NCBI RefSeq assembly: GCF_006345805.1
Contig: NC_043006.1
Location: forward strand, 37,138,001-37,202,000
Origin: Octopus sinensis
Taxonomy: Eukaryota
Length of the DNA: 64,000 nt
Reading direction: 5' to 3'
This document shows positions 54,203 to 64,000 of this stretch, one piece after another. The notes below the pieces were generated by a model. That model was given only the letters and a program-made list of their open reading frames with translations, made no database searches and was not told the origin of the DNA. Each line of letters starts with the position of its first letter. The first letter of the stretch is position 1. A program made the translations under genes and the position numbers.

Positions 54203-54792
54203 TTAACCCTTTAAGATTACGATTACTGTGTCAAATTCTTTCTCCTTTTCATTCTTTCTTTTACTTGTTTCCATCATTTGATTGCGGTCATGCTGGAGCA
54301 CCGCCTTAAAGGATTTTTATCCTATCGATCTATTTTGCCGAACCGCTAAGTTATGGGGACATAAACACATCAAAATTGGTTATCAAGCGAGAGCAGAGGT
54401 GGTATGGGGGGTTGCAGACACAGACGCGAGCGCACACACACACATATATACGACGGACTTCTTCCAGTTTCCGTCTACCAAATCCACTCACAAGGCTTTG
54501 GTCAGCCCGATGCTATAGTAGGAGATACTTGCCCAAGGTGCCACGCAATGAGATTGAACTCGGAACCATATGGTTGGGAAGCAAACTTCTTACTACACAA
54601 CCACGCCTGCTCTTAAATGTCAGTTACTTATTTACATTGTTTTGGCTCAATCATGCATTAAATTGTAGTCTTGAGATTTCGATGATGTGACTGTATATTT
54701 TTGGAATGACATTGTAGGGTAGGTGTGAGACGCTGGATCTGGCTGGTTTGAACATAAAACAGATATGGCCGATTGAAATGCTAAAAGGTCAA
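54203..54792. mobile_element. piggyBac-type (TTAA) MITE interrupted by a SINE A insertion
   Basis: TTAAccctttaag ... aaatgctaaaaggtcaa termini; SINE A (-) at about 54240-54610 lies inside. Confidence 0.55.
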
Positions 54793-56507
54793 AATCAACA
54801 GAATGTAGTGTCAAACGGACAGCGTCGTAACTCCTCCGCTCCGAAATCTGTGTCCCTGTGAAGTCATTGTTGCAAGACCAATACTATCACAAGAATCAGA
54901 ATGGTAATGGAGAATATATCTATATTTTGCTACAATAGAAAACGGCAGGAATTCAAAGAGAAATTTGAATAAAATAATTCTCCATTATGAAGCAGAGGGG
55001 AAAAATATAGATAAGAAATAGAATAATTTATCACTAAATTATTATATTTTACTTTGAAATTTAGGTTTTTCTCTTTGCTACTGATTGTTGTTTTTGTTAT
55101 TGGTAGTGTTATTGTTGTTGAAGTCGTTGTTATTGTTGTTTAACACCCCGACTTCTCAAATCGAGCTGACACATGATCAACGATGTTTCAGCCGTGACCA
55201 TGTCATTTTATATATATAAAAAAATTACAAGGTACATTATATAGTAGATGGAAACTGAAAGAGACCCGTCGTATATATGTATATGTATATATATATGTGT
55301 GTGTGTTTGTCTCACCACCATCACTTGACAACTGATGTTGGTGTGTTTACGTCTCCGTAAACTAGCGGTTCGGCAAAAGGTACCGATAGAATAAGTACTA
55401 GGCTTACAGAGAAAAGTCCTGGGGTCGATTTATTCGACTAAAGGCGGTGCTCCAGCATGGCTGCAATCAAATGACTGAAACAAGTAAAAGAATAAAAGAA
55501 TATATATATATAAAAGAATATATATATAAAAGAATATATATATATATATACGACAAGCTTCTTTCAGTTTCCATCAACCAAATTCACTCACATGGTTTTG
55601 GTCGGCCCGCAGCAATAGTAGAAAACACTTGTCGAAGGTGCAGTGGGACTGAACCGGAAACTATGTGGTTGGGAAGCAAGCTTCTTACCACACAGCCACA
55701 TCTGCACCTTATGTAGAAAAAAAAAACTTTTGAGACCCCTGTGGCCCCTGCTATTTCTAGCGGACTAAAAGCTACGTAGGGAACAGACAAACTTTAAGTT
55801 TATTTAAAAGGAATTCAGACTGTGATGATAATAAAACAAATGTGTCCAATAATGAGGAGTAGCCTTAAGGCGGCAAGCTGGCAGAATCGTTAGCACGTCA
55901 GGCAAAATGCTTAACGGTATTTCTTCCAGCTCATTACGTTCTGAGTTCAAATTCTGCCAAGGTCGATTTTAACACACACACACATTCGCCCACCGCTTGA
56001 CAACTGTTCCGCAAAAAAACACGGACAGAATAATTATCAGACTTTAAAAATAAATACTGGAGTCGTTCTGTTCAAACTGATCCCCCAGCGTGGCCGCTGT
56101 CCAATGATTGAAACCAGCAAAGGATAAAAGGGTAAAATAATACTTTAGCGAAACAAAATATTATTTCATATACTTCTCATTCTTATAGAATTATGTTTAA
56201 TATGAAAAAAAAAGCAGAAAACGGGTTTATAGATATTACGTTCAGCATATGTTACCATCTACACATAATCCAAATTTATGTTGATGCAGCTTTCATATTG
56301 TAAAGGCGAGAGTAAGATTGTGTGTGCCATGTTGATGGCAGTGGTGTATAGTAGTCTTGGTGGTAGTAGTGGTCGAGTGAGCGAGATGGTCACACACATG
56401 ATGGTGCCGGTGGATATAGAGGGGCAGTAACTTCCCAAAATATTGTATCGCATAAATGCTCACGCGCACGTGCGAGTGTGTGTGCCTATGTGTGTATACA
56501 TATATAT

Positions 56508-56508
56508 C

Positions 56509-56605
<97 letters not shown>

Positions 56606-56711
56606 ATACACACACATACGTCCATGCATAGTTAAATGCATACACACACACAGACACACACATAAATATATAAACATATATATACCCGCACGTATATATA
56701 TCTATAGACAG

Positions 56712-56775
<64 letters not shown>
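56508..56775. repeat. (CTAT)n and (GATA)n microsatellites
   Basis: Direct inspection. Confidence 0.95.
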
Positions 56776-57289
56776 CAACAGACAGATAGATAGCCATACC
56801 GATATACCTGGAGGTTTTATTTAGAGTTCAGAAATATATTAAAAAAAAAAGATTAAAAAAAAACTAACTCATTTCCTGCTCCAATTCTTTATCTTTATCC
56901 TCATCAAATCTCGAAGTTCCTCTTATCAGACGGGTAAACACTTTGATGTCAACAGCTGCTGAAACCATTAAAATAATGGTCATCGTATTATAGAAATTAT
57001 TCCAGCTGTGTCAAATACTATGTGTAGAATGGTTGTGATGGTCTTGGCGGTGTCGATGGCAGCGTTGGTGGTGATGGCAGTATTAGTGATAATGCTGTGG
57101 TATTGATCGTGGTAACCGTGTGCTTCGTGTTGTTGTTGATGATGATGCTGGTACTTGATGTGTGCAAAACTATTGTGGTGACTACACAATTTTACGGATG
57201 TAAAACCTGGCCAAAGCTACCCTTAAGATGGGCAAGAAAAAAAACAACATAACAACTTTCACTTAACGTAGTAAGTTAGCTCTCTCTGT

Positions 57290-57935
57290 GCCATGAGGCA
57301 CATAAGGCCGCTACACGATCTCTGCAACCAGCTCTAGTTTCTACCACTGTTTTTGGCTTTATTCTAACTTCTCCACTTTTCTTATCGCCTTTCCTTCTCA
57401 ATGGTCCTTCGCCGTGCAGTTTTAGGCCACTTTGGTGCTCTTTTCCTCAGGGTCTAACTTTAGTGCCACCATACAGTCCGAGCGTCTGCATTTTATTTCG
57501 TCACTGATCCTGTTGATGCCCGTTATCGTCTCACTTGTATCGTTTCGCAGCTCTAGTTTCTACCACTGTTTTTGGCTTTATTCTAACTTCTCCACTTTTC
57601 TTATCGCCTTCCCTTCTCAATGGTCCTTCGCCGTGCAGTTTTAGGCCACTTTGGTGCTCTTTTCCTCAGGGTCTAACTTTAGTGCCACCATACAGTCCGA
57701 GCGTCTGCATTTTATTTCGTCACTGATCCTGTTGATGCCCGTTATCGTCTCACTTGTATCGTTTCGCACTTTGTAGCCATTTGATGTCGAGTATCCTCCT
57801 TAAGTGTGTGAGTCAGTAGCTGTCCATTCCCCATCCCATTTCTGTCTCTTTCCAGTTTTCACATCCGTAGAATATATTGGTCGAACCAACGTGCCTGCAA
57901 AAAATTCTCAACACCAAGTGATTAGAGAAAACTCT
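57290..57935 (-). mobile_element. RTE-clade LINE 3' fragment with a 219-bp tandem duplication
   Basis: IFYGCENWK, LRRILDIKW, DCMVAL, RRTIEKER, RDRVAALCASWH*; 57329-57549 is duplicated at 57548-57768. Confidence 0.85.
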
Positions 57936-57964
57936 TAATACTATTGTTCCAGGGGGAGCTAATA

Positions 57965-58135
57965 GGTGAAGCAGGTATACTTTCTTAAGGAAACCCCAAC
58001 TGCGATATAGTGGGCATGTAACGTGCATACTCGACTCCAGAATTCCGAAACAGATAGTCTTTGATGAACTAGCAGTTTGCTCTTGGTCACGTTGTGGATT
58101 AAAAAAGAGGTACAAAGACTCAAAATTACTTTGAA
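57965..58135 (+). mobile_element. Second RTE (BovB-like) ORF C-terminal fragment in the opposite orientation
   Basis: QLRYSGHVTCILDSRIPKQIVFDEL...GLKKRYKD. Confidence 0.75.
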
Positions 58136-59104
58136 AATGTGAAACTTGAGGACTGTTTGGGAACATCTTACTCAAGATCACCCACTGTGACCTAGTGTTT
58201 GTATATTCAAGAGTACAGCAGTCAGAATCAGAAATGATCAGATAAACTAAAGAGAGGAGGGCTGAACAGGAAGCAAAAGTCCCAATGGTTTCTAATTCTG
58301 CTATTATGTGCTGCTAATGTAACCATGGATTTTATGCCAATATTGGCCTAATAATCCACCCCGGGGCTCACAAAGAGAAGAGCAAAGCTGCTGATCTGGT
58401 CATCTTCAGCAGCATGAAGGATGAACGTCAGTGTAGCGTTGATGGTGTTAGTGATACTGACTGTCAGACTACTGTTGGTTGGTTATGGTTGTAGAAGTTG
58501 TTGGTGATTGAAATAGTAATAGTTGAATTAATAAAAGTATGACGCTGAGGGACGACAAAGTAACGTAGGGAAAAACAAGAAAAATATATGATGGACGAGG
58601 ACATCCCTCATCAGTTGTCGACTGATCAAACAAATATCGCTACAATTTCGACACTTGCAATAAAACAGCCTCCTCTTGTTAAGCCTCTAGGCCAGTATTA
58701 TTTGAGCAAACAAAATAATCGAAGATATTCCAATCGAGACCATTTCCTTCTCTTTTTTTCTCTTACTTATATGGGATCTAGAAACGCATTATTCAACGTG
58801 TTTTCTTTTTTTGAGACGTATTGGGTGATTTGAAGGAAGGAGATTTAGCTGCTAATTCTCGCAGATTGAGCGATCATGTAGGTGTTACCATTTGGTTCGA
58901 GTTTGTGGGGCTGAAACTTCAAGTTGTGTTGGTGGTGGGTGTTCAGACTGTTTTAGATCTGTGGTGCTTAATCTTAGCGTTAGTACCCCCTGCCCCCTGG
59001 TGAGGTTGTGAGTTCGCAAGGGAGAAGTAAATGTCAAGGGAGCACCATAAAGAGTGTAATGCATTTGTCTCTCTCTCTCTATATATATAGATATACATAC
59101 ATAG

Positions 59105-59244
<140 letters not shown>

Positions 59245-59306
59245 AATTAACAGAATGAGATAAAATCCAAGGCTGTGAAAGATTTCAGAACATTTATAGT
59301 GAGAAG

Positions 59307-59354
59307 GTCTTACAGCAGTTTCCAGGATATTTTATATATCCCTTCGTCGGAGAC
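59307..59354 (-). ncRNA. Hammerhead-like motif with CCGACGA core in a pLTR-like segment (~59245-59600)
   Basis: GTCT CCGACGA A GGGATAT-ataaa-ATATCCT G GAA AC-tgct-GT A AGAC. Confidence 0.65.
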
Positions 59355-59805
59355 GGTGTGAGAAAATGGTTAAGCAATAGTTATTCTAGATAAGATATGA
59401 AATAGAGAGTCAAGTGGAGGAATGACAATAGACGTGAGATATGCAGGGATATTGTATCTGCAGTTCCATTATTTAGGCAGAATGGTATACATATAAGATT
59501 CCTGTACCTTGTGAGTACGTTCCAATAGTATTTAAAATTGGTCATTCCAAGCATAGAGTTTGTAAACGGTGTTATTGAATCGAGTTTTTTTTTGTATCCA
59601 ATGGATGCAAATTAATTTATTAATTACTTAACATCTTCACCTACAATTGTTTCATTTCGCATCCAATTCAAACAACAAAACATACATAAATATATAAGCT
59701 TGCATTTCAAAATACCTTGTGTGAAAATTATCAGGGCATGAAAAAGGACAATACAAGGATTACATTATAATCCGCTGAGATACTTCAATATACTAAGAAT
59801 ATATA

Positions 59806-60000
59806 TTCTTTTATTCTTTTAATTGTTTCAGTCATTTGACTGCGGCCATGCTGGAGCACCGCCTTTAGTTGAGCAAATCAACACCAGGATTTATTCTTTG
59901 TAAGCCTAGTACTTATTCTATTGGTGTCTTTTGCCGAAGCGCTAAGTTACGGGGATGTAAACACACTAGCATCGATGTTGGGAGGACAAACACAGATGCA

Positions 60001-60059
<59 letters not shown>

Positions 60060-60243
60060 TATATATATATATATACATATACATACGACGGGCTTCTTTT
60101 CAGTTTCCGTCTACCAAATCCACTCACAAGGCTTTGGTCGGCCCGTGGCTATAGTAGAAGACACTTGCCCAAGGTGCCACGCAGTGGGACTGAACCCGGA
60201 ACCATGTGGCTGGTAAGCAAGCTACTTACCATACAGCCACTCC
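59806..60243 (-). mobile_element. SINE family A, full-length copy
   Basis: Complete reverse-complement copy with internal (CA)/(TA) tract. Confidence 0.92.
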
Positions 60244-60285
60244 TACGCCTTTAGGAGTATATATATAGTATATATATATATATAT

Positions 60286-60319
<34 letters not shown>

Positions 60320-60532
60320 ATATTCTTTTTGTTTAAGTGTATGTATGTATATAAACACAGACACACAGAGATTATATTGTGGTCAGTTCAGTCTCCCGTT
60401 ACTCTCTTTTTCACCTTCAGTGCAAAGGGTTTTCAGTCAAGTCATGACTTGCCTACACGACTTGCATCTACAAGCGAAAATCGGAGTAGAAAGATACTTG
60501 CTCGACCAAAAAATAAATGTTACTAATCGTAA

Positions 60533-60957
60533 GAGAAGCTGTGTGGTAAGTAGCTTGCTTACCAACCACATGGTTCTGGGTTCAGTCCCACCTCGTGGCA
60601 CCTTGGGCAAGTGTCTTCTACTATAGCCTCGGGCCGACCAAAGCCTTGTGAGTGGATTTGGTAGACGGAAACTGAAAGAAGCCCGTCACACACACACACA
60701 CCACACACACACACACACAAACACACACATATATATATATATGTACGTGTGTGTATATGTTTGTCCTTCCAACATCGCTTGACAACCGATTCTGGTGTGT
60801 TTACGTCCCCGTAACTTAGCGGTTCGGCAAAATAGACTGATAGAATAAGTACTAGGCTTCTAAAGAATAAGTCCTGAGATCGATTTGCTCGGCTAAAGTC
60901 AGTGCTCCAGCATGGCCGCAGTCAAATGACTGAAACAAGTAAAGGAGTAAAAGAGTA
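60533..60957 (+). mobile_element. SINE family A, full-length copy
   Basis: Head through gactgaaacaagtaaa tail. Confidence 0.92.
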
Positions 60958-61263
60958 ATCTCTGTTATGGTATCGAGTACTAATTTTCCCGATAGTCAAC
61001 ACTAAACGTCTAGATAGGTGTGGAAAGAGACTCGAGTTACGAGACGAAGTCTCTGCTTCAGTTTTAATAGAAAAAGAAAGCTCCATATTCTCAACATGTA
61101 CTGAACAACCCTTTCTCATTCATTCGCCATACATACATACTTATATACTTAAATACATCTAAGCATAAATACATACCTATGTATACATACATACACATCA
61201 TAGAGAGAGAGGGGGGGAGAGACAGAGTGGAAAAGAGTGAAAGAGAGGGGGGAAGAGACAGAG

Positions 61264-61307
<44 letters not shown>

Positions 61308-61513
61308 TGAGCGAGAGAGTTAGAGAGAGAGGTTTTATATTTCTAATTAACAATTCGTGCTATTCGCTTTCATAACACGAACCACAATAAAAGTTGAATA
61401 TTTTTCACACGCTGCCGTATCAATGTGAAGTGTGTGTGTATGTGTGTGTATTGTGTGCATGTAAGTACAAAAATATAACCATATGGGATACCTCTCACAT
61501 GCGCACACACATA

Positions 61514-61550
<37 letters not shown>

Positions 61551-62257
61551 ATACATACATATACACACACTCACACATAACCACACATATATAGTCGTTT
61601 TGTGCTTACCAAACTCTGATGGCTGACGAAACCTCAATTCTTATTCGCTATTATTGGCTACTAAAATGTTTTCCTTTTTCTACCACACATCACACAAAGC
61701 CACCACCCCCACCACCCCCACCACCCCCACCACCATCATCATCATCACTGCTAACATTTCCTTCACAAACATTAATTAAAGAAAAGATACCAGACGAGAT
61801 CGTCTCCGTCCTTGATTCTCTCTCGTTTGTACCGCAGCGCCCCCTTTTCACCAAATGACGTCGTATCAAAGCATCTTTTACATGTTTTATTTTTTTTTTA
61901 CTTGTTTCAGTAAATTTTGCTTGACTGAAAGCCTCGCGGCCATACTGGTGCACCGCCTCGAGGCTTTTAGTCGAATAACCCGACCCCGAACTTACTTTTT
62001 CAAACCTACTAATTACTCTTATTGGGCTTATTTGAAGTAGTAAATTTGCAAAAGTCTTTTGAGTATCGGACACATACTTTGCTGTATTTGTTCCGGATGT
62101 TTGGTTTCTAAGTTCAAAATCACAGCGTTAAACAGGCCAGCCATGGTCGAGCAATCCTATGATGTAAGGTAATCCAGCACTGATTATCCTTTTATTTTCA
62201 CACAATGTATCTAAAATAAAGGTGATCGATTGGTAGAGTATTTAGAGCACCGGTTAG

Positions 62258-62385
62258 GTTGTGACTCTCTGTACTCTGAGCCTTGGGTTTCTGTATTCTT
62301 AGCCTTGGCTTCCTGTACTCCGAATCTTGGCTTTCTGATACTGAGTCTTGACTTTCTGTACTCTGAGTTGTGGCTTTCTGTACTC
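62258..62385. repeat. Degenerate ~22-bp minisatellite (about 6 units, gctttctgtactctgagtcttg-like)
   Basis: Recurrent ttctgtactc/ctgag blocks at 21-22 bp spacing. Confidence 0.75.
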
Positions 62386-62469
62386 TTTTCTATTCTAGGC
62401 ACAAGGCCCGAAATTTTACCCTTGCTCTTTCTCTCTCTCTCTCTCACACACACTTCCCCCTCTCTCTCT

Positions 62470-62563
<94 letters not shown>

Positions 62564-62586
62564 TATGTATGTATGTATATATGTCA

Positions 62587-63078
62587 GGTCACTTTCGTGT
62601 GCTACTGGTAACATGTAACCCAGTACAACCTGTTGCATGGTTGGGTCGTCGGCGACTAAACCGGCAACCCCACCAAGCTTACTTGGTGAGGAGGGTGTTT
62701 ATTGGTCACCCTGCGGGATGAAAAACAAAATCCGTCAAAGGGCGGCGGAACTTTTGAGAGTCAACGGTCATCCAATATATGGCTTAAGGCTGTATCATGC
62801 GCGGGGACATAGACATAATCGGACTGAATACCCGATCGCGCGGTTAAACCATTGGGAGTGAAAGACTCCTAGCCTTTGTTAGGGTATCCTTCTAGGTGAA
62901 GGTAACTCAGGTAACTGGGATAACTCCGAAATAAAACCTGCGGTTCAGTGGTTACCGATGATGTTGACTTGTTCTTCTTTTCGGATTATGGCTGTTGTTG
63001 CTTAGTGAGTGGGAATGACTCAGTGAACAGCCTTTCCTCACTTTAAAAAAATCTTCTTGCACAGGCATTGCACGATAA
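62587..63078 (+). mobile_element. ~490-bp non-autonomous retroelement, probably RTE-derived (copy 2)
   Basis: Colinear with 40167-40652; same start ggtcactttcg and end gcattgcacgataa. Confidence 0.75.
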
Positions 63079-64000
63079 CAACATTGATTAAACTTCATGC
63101 AATGGCCATACTCGATAACGAGGGGGCAGCCACCATGTATGTATTCAGACACACGATGGCTTTCCACACAATTTCAGTCTACCAACACATATTTTGTAGT
63201 TTTGAGTATTCAATTTAATTCAGGAAAAAAAAAGAACAAACAACATATTTTCTAGTTTTAAGAGCAGAAGAAACTCTATATAAATAAAATATTTCGTAAT
63301 CACACGTTTTCAGTTTTTTGTAAAGACAGGTTTTTTTTTTCTTAAACAAGAGAGTGCCAACATTTGGCTTGTTACTATGGAAACAGGCATGAATGTATCT
63401 GTGTCTAACAATTGGCTAAAATTACTCAAAATTTATAAACTATAAAAGCTATTAACTCTTTGCTTATTGATTTATGGCGAAATTGAATTTTATGTCATTA
63501 ATTACTGTACAAAACTACATCATTACACCAAATTTTGAAATTAACTGGAACAAAATTGATGAAATTGAAAAGTGGCAGCCAAACAGAAAAAAATCCGGTT
63601 TCGGGACTGAAAAGGAAACTTCGTGTTTGCAAAGTGAACATCTTAACAACACAACTATGTCTGCGACTATGGGCGTAAATAATAATGCAAGAACAACCTT
63701 CAATAGTAATGAGAGTGATGATAATGATAACGACAACGACGACGACGACGATGATGATGAATACATGATGATGATGATGATGAATACATGATGATGATGA
63801 TGATGATGACGATTGGGAAGTTGTGGTGCTATCTATTTGAAAAACAGACTGTAGATTCGCTCTGTCAACAGAGTAAGAATAAAATATTCTTAAAAACAAT
63901 TCTGAAAATTCCGACTGTTTCCTATGCTACTGATGACTCACTCCTGCGAAACACTACAGACGCCAGAGATGGTAAGCAGTCAAATATGACAGGATTTAAC

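Noticed and set aside
56508-56775. (CTAT)n and (GATA)n forming an apparent inverted repeat
   Set aside because: Explained by the abundance of this microsatellite; no unique sequence is inverted.
58336-58347. CArG box / 12-bp palindrome gccaatattggc
   Set aside because: Expected several times by chance in AT-rich 64 kb.
61828-61850. CTCF-like AGGGGGCGC core (minus strand)
   Set aside because: The 5' half of the motif is absent.
63925-63965. CTGATGA...GAAAC motif
   Set aside because: The intervening ctcactcctgc cannot form stem II.

Overview
AT-rich, repeat-saturated eukaryotic DNA, intronic or intergenic, with one 100-N scaffold gap (32307-32406). The tRNA-headed SINE families and very dense (TA)/(CA)/(TACA)/(CTAT)/(CAT) microsatellites look like an octopus (coleoid cephalopod) genome; this is inference, not verified. 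No intact protein-coding gene is evident, and nearly all listed ORFs are microsatellite or SINE translations. Identifiable content: three high-copy SINE families; decayed mariner (DD34D), maT (DD37D) and Tc1 transposases; mariner, hAT and piggyBac-type MITEs; a complete non-autonomous Helitron; R4/Dong, RTE and CR1/Jockey-type LINE fragments; and a tRNA-Asp pseudogene. The most notable signal is a set of Penelope-like pseudo-LTR remnants carrying minimal type-I hammerhead ribozyme (HHR) folds with three different catalytic cores: canonical CUGANGA, compensatory UUGANAA and unusual CCGACGA. One HHR lies inside a ~860-bp near-perfect fold-back palindrome built from a 355-bp tandem unit. Two copies of an RTE-derived ~490-bp element may start with an HDV-like ribozyme. 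All RNA folds were derived by eye and are untested.
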